From NCBI RefSeq assembly GCF_001194135.2, contig NC_068988.1, forward strand, positions 69,046,080 through 69,110,079: DNA of 64,000 nt. The letters run 5' to 3'. The notes under the pieces are model-generated. The model did no database searches and was not told where the DNA came from. It saw only the letters and a list, made by a program, of their open reading frames with translations. The translations under genes were made by a program, and so were the position numbers. This DNA comes from Octopus bimaculoides (Eukaryota). Of the stretch, positions 13,088 to 24,049 are shown one piece after another (within the stretch, counting starts at the first letter, position 1; each line of letters starts with the position of its first letter).

Positions 13088-13853
13088 TATTATTATTATT
13101 ATTTTATGTTTGACTTTTGTTTTGCATTTGTACAAGTTGGATCCAAGTCTCACCCAGCGACCTCAAGAGACAAGTTAGAAGTTCATGTAGGTGTTATGCC
13201 TAGGGTACCATATATTTGGATTTGTACAGTTTTGTTCAAGTGAATGTTTAAGAAACCATAAGAAAATTATGTGTTTGCTTTAAAATTTGAGATCACATAG
13301 ACAGTATTTTACGTAGGATATGGGCAGTTCCCATGAGCACTATCTTTTGAACTTCAGCCATTTTGGGGTTTCCTGGAAACTGATCTAGGTAGTAATCAGC
13401 CCGTTTCGCTNNNNNNNNNNNNNNNNNNNNNNNNNNNNNNNNNNNNNNNNNNNNNNNNNNNNNNNNNNNNNNNNNNNNNNNNNNNNNNNNNNNNNNNNNN
13501 NNNNNNNNNNNNNNNNNNNNNNNNNNNNNNNNNNNNNNNNNNNNNNNNNNNNNNNNNNNNNNNNNNNNNNNNNNNNNNNNNNNNNNNNNNNNNNNNNNNN
13601 NNNNNNNNNNNNNNNNNNNNNNNNNNNNNNNNNNNNNNNNNNNNNNNNNNNNNNNNNNNNNNNNNNNNNNNNNNNNNNNNNNNNNNNNNNNNNNNNAGTT
13701 TGAATGGTGAAGTTCCAGAGGAGTGCAATGTGATCATTTTCAAGTACTGGGGGTGGTTTGTGTTCCCACCAGTTTTTATCATGGGGCAAGTCCAGGTTTT
13801 TGCATATTACCCAGTGAATATATTGTGCAGCTCTATCATGCCTGTTGAGATAC
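13088..13853 (-). mobile_element. R4/Dong-like LINE 3' end, second subfamily (spans an N-gap)
   Basis: YLNRHDRAAQYIHWVICKNLDLPHDKNWWEHKPPPVLENDHIALLWNFTIQT, gap, then AKRADYYLDQFPGNPKMAEVQKIVLMGTAHILRKILSM*; 3' UTR ends in (AAT)n. Confidence 0.9.
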
Positions 13854-13982
<129 letters not shown>

Positions 13983-14627
13983 GGTGGCTAGGTTGTAGAA
14001 TCATTACTGCCTCAATAAACTCTGCCTGACTCATGCAAGTAAGGAAAAGTAGATGTTAAAATGATGATGATGATGATGATGATGAAGATGGTGGTAGTGA
14101 CAATGACGATGATATATAATATATATATACATGTGTGTATATGCTTATGTCTATAGTGGGGATATGTATCCAAGTAGGTTTTTGTGCTTTTATTTTATTA
14201 TATGCATTTGTGAACATAAAAAAACAGGTATAAAAATTTTAACTTTTTCTCTGCAAAGTGTAGGAAAATAAAGTTGAGTGAAGTTAGATTGACCAACACA
14301 ATATGTCTTGGACGAATTACCAGCACTAACTGGGCTATGTGCCAGAATGTAAATTACTATCAAGCCAGGTTTTGCTGTGTCAGCAGAAGAAGTAATATAT
14401 TCTTGGAAAAGTTTCTTCAATTTATTTCCCTCGGTAACATATATCCAGAAATATATACCACCTCCTCAATAGCTATTGATGCTTCTTAGAGACATGATTT
14501 TAAATTTCCAGTTTATTTGAACCATATTTTAGTAATGTAAAGTGGTGGATTGAGAAATGAAATATTAGAGTACCAGGCAAAAGGTTATGTAGTATTTGTT
14601 TCAGTAGAGCTAAACTCAATATTCTTC

Positions 14628-14838
14628 TCTACACTAGGCACAAGGCCCGAAATTTTGGGGGAGGAGGCCAGTTGATTAGATCGATCCGTGTATGCAACTG
14701 GCACTTAATTTATCAACCCCGAAATGGTGAAAGGCAAAGTTGACATCGGTAGAATTTGAAATCAGAACATATAGACAGACAAAATACTGCTAAGCATTTT
14801 GCCCAGCATGCTAACATTTCTGCCAGCTCGCCACCTTG
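14628..14838 (-). mobile_element. SINE family A
   Basis: Reverse-complement family A; an oppositely oriented copy follows at about 14868-15050. Confidence 0.85.
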
Positions 14839-15275
14839 AGCTAAACTCAATATTATCTTTCATGTTAAGGTGGAGTGCTGGTAGAATTGTTAGCATGCCA
14901 AGTAAAATGTATTGTGGAATTTCATTTGTCTTTATGTTCTGAGTTCAAATCCTGCCGTGGTTCATAAAATAAGTACCAGTTGAACATTGGGGTCGATGCA
15001 ATCGACTTATCTCCCCCCTGAAATTGCTGGCCTTGTGTCAACATTTGAAACCAATATTATCTTTCATCCTTCCAGGGTTGATAATGTAAAGTACTAGTTA
15101 CTTGTAAATATTGGGTTTGGTATAAGTGACTTTCTTTTCTCCAAATTTGTGGACTTGTGCCACCATAAGTTTTATTTTAAAGTTTTTTTCTCATATCTGT
15201 TCTAAATTGTCTTATTTCTGTTTGCATTCTTTTTCACATTCTTCATGTTTATTTTACAACTTGTCTTAACAACAG

Positions 15276-15303
15276 GGGAGTTCAATATTGTACCACCTTG
15301 CAA
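15276..15303 (+). CDS. Candidate 28-nt microexon
   Basis: Pyrimidine-rich upstream sequence, ...TTAACAACAG acceptor and CAA|GTGAGT donor; all three frames open, so weak support. Confidence 0.15.
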
Positions 15304-15376
15304 GTGAGTTAAACTTTGGACTGCTCCACAGAATCTTTCATGTAACTTAGTCTAGGAATGTATATTCTACTGGAAG

Positions 15377-16260
15377 TACGAGGTGGTATCAAAAGGTTCC
15401 TGGCCTAGTTATGCTTAATAAAAAAATAACTTATTTACCTAAGTTTTAACATTATCTCCTCTGAAACAGTCACCTTGTGCAGCAATACACCCGTCCCAGC
15501 ATTCCGGCCACTTTTGGAATCCGGCATGGAAGTTGTTTTCCATAAGCGAATCTAAGGCTTTCTATGATTTGCTCTTGATCGCAACAACAGTGTTAAAACA
15601 GTGACCTTCGAGCTGCATTTTCATCTTGGGGAAGAGATGAAAGTCTGCAAGTGCTAAACCTGGCGAATAGGACAGGTGCAGAAGTGATGCCATGTTGTTT
15701 TTGGCGAAAATCTAATGAGTGAGGAGACCTCAGTGACAAGGTGCCTTAACGTCATGATTCAATCCCTTTCACTGAATATCCCTCTTCAAATGCTTCAAAA
15801 CATCACAGTAGAACTCTCAACTGATAGTCTGGCCCTGGGGGTAAAATTCTTGATGCCTAATACCACAGATGTTGAAAATACGATGAGCATGCTCTTGATT
15901 GAGCTGTGGTTCTTTAGTGCACCCACACCACTTGAAACATTGTGTACAACCCATTGCTTCATTCCTGTAAGCTTGCCAAAGCATACTCAATGTCTCTGTG
16001 GCAGACTTCCCAAGTTTTATGCAAGATTTCTCGTTGGCTCTTTGTTCCAGCTTCCTGTCCATGACAAAAATTGCAGATTACAGCATACGCATGATCACAA
16101 AAACATAAATTTCACAACTTGCAAAGTAAACACAACAATGTCACTTGGCACACTGCCTCATAAAGATCCCTGATAGCTCACACTGTGCACACAACTGTAT
16201 GGGACTACCTGTAGGTATGCTACAGAACTAATCCTGTAAACTTTTTAATAGCACCTCAAA
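15377..16260 (-). mobile_element. Internally deleted mariner transposon
   Basis: Imperfect TIRs TACGAGGTGGTATCAAAAGG / CTTTTTAATAGCACCTCA; N-terminus MDRKLEQRANEKSCIKLGKSATETLSML joined to IFNICGIRHQEFYPQGQT; downstream APCH...YSPGLALADFHLFPKMK (mariner YSPDLAP-like); stops present. Confidence 0.92.
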
Positions 16261-17107
16261 TTGTTGTTTATTACACCATAATGCTTTTCATCATATCTAC
16301 AGCTAAATACTTGGTTTTAAAATTTGGCTGTAGTTGCTCTCAAACATTGACCTTGTAGAAACAGAGTAATGCTGTCTGTACCAACTAGGGTTGTTATCTA
16401 TCATGAGTTTCTGAAATTGTTATGGCCATTCTAAAAGCTTAATATTTAATACCATAACACAGCAAATTTGAAAAACTAGTCTCAAACGGAATGTCAACAC
16501 GGTCTCTCAGGATGCAAAAGAGATAGCCTTTTTTTACTCCCTTTTTTGATAGGTGGAGGGGTCACATATATTGTTGATACATTACAATAAATATCTAATG
16601 CAAGGATTGCAGTTAATATATTCAAAACTACACCTGACACTATATATAAATACAGAAAAAACATCATAAAATGAGAGATGTAAAGGCACAAAAAGGAAGA
16701 AATAGAACAAATACTGAAATGGGAAATTCATGACATCCACAACACAGCAAATGATGTGGAAGATCCTGAAACAGGTTCAATGATGAGCAATTTAACTGTT
16801 TGATCAACTGAAATACCTACCCATTAAATTAATATGTATGTGTAGTCCATGAACATGTGTATCCTTTATACAATTCTTCAACTGAATTACATTAGAAGGC
16901 TGGGCAGTAAAAGTACTGGCACATTCCATTTTATGGGCTTCCCATAGTTTCTGTCAAACACTTGCAATAAAAGCTGGCTAATTTATTATCTGTAAGAACC
17001 TCAGAAGTTCCCTCCATTTCACTATTTCCCTCACTGATGTTTAACCATTAACTTACTCCAGTTAACTTTAACAAATACAGTGGAGTAAAACATCAGTGGG
17101 CAATATC

Positions 17108-17515
17108 TTTTACTTGTTTCAGTCCTTAGACTGTGGCCATGCTGGAGCATCACCTTCAAGGATATTTTATTGAATGAACTGACCCCAGTACTTAATTTTC
17201 ATTAAGCCTGGTATTTATTCTATTGATCTCTTTTGCTGAACTACTAGGCTATTAGGACATAAACGCACCAACACCAGTTATCAAGTGGTAGTAGGGGACA
17301 AACACACACACACACACATGTGCACGCATGTGCACGCACACACACACATGTGCACACATGCACGCACGCATATGACAGGTTTCTTTCAATTTCCATCTAC
17401 CAAATCCACTCAAAAGGCTTTGGTTAGCCTGAGGCTATAGTAAAAGATGCCACACAGTGGGACTAAACCTGTAGCCATATGGTTGAGAAGCAAGAGTCTT
17501 ACCATGCAGCCATGC
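17108..17515 (-). mobile_element. SINE family C-related, diverged
   Basis: TTTTACTTGTTTCAGTC...GCCATGCTGGAGCA, internal (CA/TG) tract, TCTTTCAATTTCCATCTACCAAATCCACTCA. Confidence 0.8.
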
Positions 17516-18215
17516 TTGCTTGCTTATGATATTTTTCTTTTCTTATTTTAGTTTGTAGAGAATATTCCATATTGTCATATTTGCAGTATCACAGTGGTTT
17601 GAACACAGATCCTCAAATTGGCAATTTATTTATTTTTTTCTTGACAACTGTCTAACACCAGACAAGCTTGCATCAACAGACATGCCAATGTCTTAACTTT
17701 ACAATCAACTGGTGTAATAATCTGTCATTCCATAAGATGCAGAGAATCAGTGATGCATGCAAAACGAAGTATGCATCATCACTTTCTTATCAAGCAGCTT
17801 CTATGGTTACTCTCTCAGCAGATGTGTCTATATCATCGTTTTTCAGAACACTTCTTTGAATAGATTTGTTTTGTTCACTTTTACTTTGTTTTATATGAGA
17901 ATATTGTTTTCCTAATGTCAAACTTGAAATGTTATATCATATGTACTTTGCAAAATGGTTATTATAGTTTGCTGAGCTACATGGATTTATCAAACAGTAG
18001 AAAATACTAATAAAGCCATTGTTAAATATTATCCTGCAGTTTTGTTTATCATAGACTAAATTTATTATTTCTCTGTAAGTTCTTCAGTATATACGAAGTT
18101 GAATGTTTATGTAGTTTATGCCATCTCTATGTCTGGCCCAGAGTCAAATGTTTTTATTGGCTGTTTCCGTATATGGGCCATCAGTGAAGTCATAAACATA
18201 CAGTGAAAGAAATTC

Positions 18216-18455
18216 ATCATCATCATCATCATCGTTTAACGTCCACTTTCCATGCTAGCATGGGTTGGACGATTTGACTGAGGACTGGTGAACCAGATGG
18301 TTACACCAGGCTCGAATCTGATTTGGCAGAGTTTCTACAGCTGGATGCCCTTCCTAACGCCAACCACTCCGAGAGTGTAGTGGGTGCTTTTACGGGCCAC
18401 CAGCATGAAGGCCAGTCAGGCGGTACTGGCAACGACCATGTTCAAAATGGTGTAT
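18216..18455 (-). mobile_element. RTE-associated 3' tail element, family D, with (GAT)n tail
   Basis: (CAT)n-CGTTTAACGTCCACTTTCCATGCTAGCATGGG...GGATGCCCTTCCTAACGCCAACC; a related tail follows the RTE fragment at about 20900-21040. Confidence 0.75.
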
Positions 18456-18736
18456 TGTCTAATAATAATAATAATCCTTTCTACTACAGGCATAAGGCCT
18501 GAATTTTGGGGGAGTGAGATAGTCAATAAATCAGTCAATGAATTAAGTACCAGTTGTGTATTGAGGTTGATCTAATCGACTGGCCCCCTCCCCCAAAATT
18601 TCGGGCCTTGTGCCTTGAGCAGAAAAGAAGAATAATGCCTGAGGTCCTTGTTGGGACTTCACAGACAGTGCAAAACCCTAGTACCACACAATATCTTTAA
18701 TCAACGTCACAACATTGGATACTGTGTGACTCCTTA

Positions 18737-18769
<33 letters not shown>

Positions 18770-18833
18770 CATAATAATAATAACGACAACAACAACAATA
18801 ATGATACTAATAATAACAATGATAATACTAATA

Positions 18834-19052
18834 ATCCTTTCTACTATAGGTACAAGGCATGAGATGTTTGGGGAGGGAGGTCAGTCGATTAGATCGACCC
18901 CAGTAGGCAACTGGTACTTAATTTATCGACCTCTCCAAAAGGATGAACGGCAAAGTCGATCTCAGCAGAATTTGAACTCAGAATGTAGCGACAGGAAAAA
19001 TACCGCTAAGCATTTCGTCCAACATGCTAGCAATTCTGCCACCTCTCCGCTT
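18834..19052 (-). mobile_element. SINE family A inside an (AAT)n array
   Basis: Full reverse-complement family A flanked by (AAT)n on both sides. Confidence 0.88.
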
Positions 19053-19338
19053 CAATAATAATACTAGTAATAATAATAGTAATAATAATAATGATAATAA
19101 TAATAGACAAGAGAAGAGTGCAATGAGACTGCAATAGATATTTTGTTGATTGAATATTTTGATAGTGAGCTGTCTTTATCGAGTTCAAAAGGAAAAGTGA
19201 TAAGAATTCAAAATTATAGAAATTCAAATCTAAAATATGAACAAGAGTAACCAGCATCCACACGTTGATAGAATGATATCATCAGTCTTCAAGTTTTAAT
19301 TTTACAACTGGCAAAAAGAAAAAGAAAGAAAACAAGAG

Positions 19339-19965
19339 GGATCTAGTTCAAAACGGGGGCACCAGTTTTCATTTATGTTTTATGTAGTGTTTTTGGTACC
19401 GAAAGACTTTCAAACTTCGTATACTTATCTATTTTGTGTTATAGAACAGAAAAAAAATTTTGTATTCGAAGTTATTTCATGCAACAAATTGTCTTATTTC
19501 GATAATTTCAACCAATCACTGACAAGTATTCAGCTGTTTACAGTTACTCCTTTGGCAGTTTAAGCGATTCCTTTGGCCTTGTGCCTATAATAGAAAGGTT
19601 TATTAGCTACTGCCAATATGCTTCAGCCATTTTTTGACAAGGAAATAATAATTTTATCACCGCCNNNNNNNNNNTATGCTTCAGCCATTTTTTGACAAGG
19701 AAATAATAATTTTATCACCGCCAGAATCGTTTAAGAATCGTTTGTTTACGTAGTCAGCACTTACTGTATTCGGCTGAATGGAGGTCAGTCATTGGTTGAA
19801 ATTACAGAAATACGACAACTTTAACATGAAATAAGTTACAATATAATATTTTTTCTTAAGAAGACTAAGAGAAAAAGATGTTTTATATGACACATTCTAC
19901 CAGTGTCCCAAGTTTCAAAGTGTTTCGTTAAGAGAATACTGGCGCCCCCGTTTTGAACTAGATCC
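19339..19965. mobile_element. Fold-back MITE with GG-terminal TIRs and probable 8-bp TSD
   Basis: Terminal 28 bp match 27/28 (GGATCTAGTTCAAAACGGGGGCACCAGT versus reverse complement of ACTGGCGCCCCCGTTTTGAACTAGATCC); inner arms 19470-19535 and 19770-19838 also complementary; flanks AACAAGAG / AAAAAGAG. Confidence 0.85.
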
Positions 19966-20000
19966 AAAAAGAGAGGAAAAATGGAAAGAAAAAAGAATAT

Positions 20001-20355
20001 TTAATCAAACAGTTTTGTGTAAATTTGATTAAATTCTTCTGGTATTTTATTCATTCCTCCAGGGCGTGATGTTAATAACCCACAAACATATTTCTCCTCA
20101 TGCATTTTGAGTATTGAAAGTGTATCAGATTCAGAATATTTTCTGAGAATATGCACTTTGAAGTCTTTTTCAAAATTGCAGCTATTTGATGCAAAATGTT
20201 TGGCAAGATATTTTGAACTACTGTTATTGTGCCTGATGTCATATCTATGCCCATAAAATCTTTTGTTTAATTGTTCCATTGTACAACCAATATAAATCAA
20301 GATGTGTTTCATGCATTCTGGTGCATACACCAAATGGGAATCTGTACATGTCTCA
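20001..20355 (-). mobile_element. Penelope-like element GIY-YIG endonuclease fragment
   Basis: TCTDSHLVYAPECMKHILIYIGCTMEQLNKRFYGHRYDIRH...LAKHF...EEKYVCGLLTSRPGGMN matches the Penelope-type VY..C..YIG.T..L..R..H..HF..E..P.G.N pattern; open to a stop codon. Confidence 0.85.
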
Positions 20356-20357
20356 TT

Positions 20358-20572
20358 ATTATTATTATTTTTTGTTTGACTTTTGCTTTACATTTGTACA
20401 CGTCTCACCCAAAGACCTCAAGAGACAACAAGTTAGAAGTTCATGCTGGTGTTATGCCTAGGGTGCAATATATTTGGTTTTGTACATAGTGTTGTTCTAG
20501 AGAATGTTTAAGAAGCCATAAGAAAATTACGTGTTTATTTTAAAATTTGAGATAACATAGAAAGTATTTTGT
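20358..20572 (-). mobile_element. 3' UTR-only copy of the second R4/Dong-like subfamily
   Basis: Clearly homologous to 13090-13320; ends in (AAT)n. Confidence 0.85.
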
Positions 20573-20574
20573 GT

Positions 20575-21040
20575 GAAGAGAGAAGATGGCACTGGTTCAG
20601 TTCTGAGATGTACATGAATGAGGAATGTTGCATAAAGAAGTGCTATTCACTTAAAGTGAATGGAACTGGTGGAAGAGAGAGATCCAGGAAGATGAGGGAT
20701 GAGGCATTGACGGCTGATCACTCCTTATCTTACTCTCTAACTCAGTTTCCTTTCTTTCCTAACCAGGGTATCCATGTATATACAGCAAGACGCCTATCTC
20801 TGTCAGTCAATGCCTTTTGATGTCTTAACTGGCACAAAGATACCCACTCCCTCCATATCACTCCCAGCTTCAATTTTGAGGGCTTTTTTCTTAAAGTGAT
20901 TGGCATTAGGAAGGGCATCCAGCAATAGAGGCCATGCTAAAACAGCTCCTGTCAAGCTATTCAACTTGTGCCAGCATGGAAAACAGAAGTTAAACGATAA
21001 TAGTGGTGATGGATGATGACAACGATGACGATGATGATGA
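20575..21040 (+). mobile_element. RTE-clade LINE 3' end
   Basis: ERRWHWFSS...MNEECCIKKCYSLKVNGTGGRERSRK resembles RTE RRLxWFGHVxRM...GRPRK; followed by GGCATTAGGAAGGGCATCCAGC...GTTAAACG and a (GAT)n-like tail. Confidence 0.75.
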
Positions 21041-21621
21041 CGGTTTCATGTAGTACAAATATTATGTGATGTACATAGAACACAAAACATTGCATCAAGT
21101 AGATAGGGAAGAATATTATAGCTAAGGCTTTCAATCTATTCAATTCAAAACACACTTCTCCATGGAACTGCAAGCAGCTTATTTCACCTCACAATTGTGA
21201 AAAAACTGTCAAAACTGAGAATATATTGTCAAATTTTAATATAATGAACATATTTATCTATTGTGCCCAGTGTATTGATTTCAATATTAGATGATGTTTG
21301 CACTATGCAAAATATATTACTAATATATAGCAGAGCTCATACGTTATGATAGAAAGCCACTAATAATGTTGAGCTATATACCATTCATATATTCTCTGAA
21401 ACTTATATGCTAATATGTCAACAAATATATATATATATATATATATANNNNNNNNNNNNNNNNNNNNNNNNNNNNNNNNNNNNNNNNNNNNNNNNNNNNN
21501 NNNNNNNNNNNNNNNNNNNNNNNNNNNNNNNNNNNNNNNNNNNNNNNNNNNNNNNNNNNNNNNNNNNNNNNNNNNNNNNNNNNNNNNNNNNNNNNNNNNN
21601 NNNNNNNNNNNNNNNNNNNNN

Positions 21622-21660
<39 letters not shown>

Positions 21661-22352
21661 CATATATACATATACATATGCACACATATATATACACAAA
21701 AATTATACCGAAGAAACCAAAATTCTCTACAAGCCAAATTTTATTTTGCATGCATATATAATATATAATTTACATATATGCATCTCTCTCTCTCTTTTCC
21801 TCCCTCTCTCTCCCTCTCTCTTTCTATACACACACACATATACATACGTCTCTGTATTCTCTCTTTCTTATCTAGTTTATGCTATATTGAATAATTTCTC
21901 TATAATGCTTATATTGTGTAATTCATATTTAAATCTATACAGACCAAAATATAGTGAATTTCTAATAAAAGCTTATTTCATACATCAATACAGGATATGA
22001 TATAGAGAAATTCTTAAAAGTGTGATTATAAAATTGCCAGCTTACTAATCAATTTCTATTCTTTCATAACTGAATAAATATAAATTTGCATATATTAATG
22101 ACTTCATGTCCATTACACATACATTACATATAAGTGCACTCATTTAAATACTAATGCACATGTGTTTGTGCTTGTGTGTGAGTGTGCACACATATACATG
22201 TGTGTGTATGTACATGTTTGTGTGTGCATGTGTGTGAATGTCCAACAAAAGGTATTTCATTTTGTGTGAGGATTACATCACACGCACACACACACATTTG
22301 TTTGCACAAGCAAACACATAAATATAGGTGCATATGTATACGCATACATATG

Positions 22353-23050
22353 TATATGTGGTAAGTAGCTTGCTTACCAACCACATGGTTCCGGGTTCAG
22401 TCCCACTGCATGGCATCTTGGGCAAGTGTTTTCTACTATAGCTTCAGGCCGACCAAAGCCTTGTGAGTGAATTTGGTAGACGGAAACTGAAAGAAGCCCG
22501 TCGTATACATGTACATATATGTGTGTGTGTGTGTGTGTGTGTTTGTGTGTCTGTGTTTGTCCCCCCTAGCATTGCTTGACAACCGATGCTGGTGTTTTTA
22601 TGTCCCCGTCATNNNNNNNNNNNNNNNNNNNNNNNNNNNNNNNNNNNNNNNNNNGTATATGTGGTAAGTAGCTTGCTTACCAACCACATGGTTCCGGGTT
22701 CAGTCCCACTGCATGGCATCTTGGGCAAGTGTTTTCTACTATAGCTTCAGGCCGACCAAAGCCTTGTGAGTGAATTTGGTAGACGGAAACTGAAAGAAGC
22801 CCGTCGTATACATGTACATATATGTGTGTGTGTGTGTGTGTGTGTTTGTGTGTCTGTGTCTGTCCCCCCTAGCATTGCTTGACAACCGATGCTGGTGTTT
22901 TTATGTCCCCGTCATCTAGCAGTTTGGCAAAAGAGACTGATAGAATAAGTACTATGCTTACAAAGAATAAGTTCTGGGGTCGATTTGCTCGACTAAAGGC
23001 GGTGCTCCAGCATGGCAGTAGTCAAATGACTGAAACAAGTAAAAGAGAGT
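22353..23050 (+). mobile_element. SINE family C (appears twice across an N-gap; probably one element)
   Basis: 22353-22612 and 22655-22912 are identical except for one base, on either side of a 42-N gap. Confidence 0.88.
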
Positions 23051-23154
23051 ATATATATATATATATATATATATATAGGATACTGAAATGAATAGTTTAC
23101 ACCTGGTAGCTTACTGGTAAAGCACAGTCATTTTCACAGTGACCGTTATGTATA

Positions 23155-23806
23155 TGGTAAATAAATGAATGACGGAAGATGGAAGAAATGAGAATTCATT
23201 ATTAATCACGACAATTGCTTTGACATATCTAGCATTGATCCCTCATGGGTGGGACATTCAACAACTGATTCGAGAGCATCCAGCAATGCAGATGTGTCTT
23301 ATCTGGTGATAAATAGACACAACTCATTAAAATAATTCTTCTACAATGTATCTTCTCATTTCCTAGAAAGAAAAGCAGCAAATTGAAGGAAATATCTTAG
23401 ATTTTTGCAGATGCTACGCTGAGTGAGAGTACACATGTCATGCAGCCTGTGCACAGGTGTTTGCATATCCATATTTGTTAATGTTTATTTTTAATACTTT
23501 TTCCCTTTGTATTGTGTGTTTGTTTCCTTTTTGCATCAGTGATTTTATTTTTTATCTACGTAAATGAAGATATTTCCTTCATTTTGCTGCTTCTCTTTCT
23601 ATGAAATGAGAAGATACATTGCAGAACTGTTATTTTAAAGAGTTGTGTCTATTTATCACTTGATGAAACACATTTGAACCGCTGGATGCTCCTGAACCAG
23701 TTGTTAAGTGTCCCACCTGTGAAGGATTGAGGCTAGATGTGTCGAAACAATTGTTGTGATTAATAATAAATTCTCGTATATTCCATTTTCCATCTTTCGT
23801 TTACCA
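23155..23806. mobile_element. Fold-back MITE with roughly 230-bp inverted arms and TA flanks (Tc1/mariner-type inferred)
   Basis: 23172-23399 is the diverged reverse complement of 23570-23800 (for example GTGATAAATAGACACAACTC; AATGTATCTTCTCATTTC.TAGAAAGA.AAGCAGCAAA.TGAAGGAAATATCTT); termini TA|TGGTAAA ... TTTACCA|TA. Confidence 0.85.
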
Positions 23807-23829
23807 TATATATATACATGCATATATAC

Positions 23830-23831
<2 letters not shown>

Positions 23832-23888
<57 letters not shown>

Positions 23889-23954
23889 CACACATACAGA
23901 TACACTTGTGTGCATGTATGTACATATTTCCATTTACTACAACTACTGCTACTG

Positions 23955-24021
<67 letters not shown>

Positions 24022-24032
24022 TAATAATAATA
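23832..24032. repeat. Compound (TG)n, (CTA)n and (ATA)n microsatellites
   Basis: Direct reading. Confidence 0.95.
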
Positions 24033-24049
24033 AAAAAATTCAGTTTGCC

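Noticed and set aside
16494-16691. Minus-strand ORF with a transmembrane-like stretch
   Set aside because: No splice signals or recognisable family; hydrophobic bias is expected from AT-rich DNA.
22353-22912. Tandem duplicated SINE C
   Set aside because: Near-identical sequence on both sides of an N-gap; most likely unmerged contig overlap or alleles.
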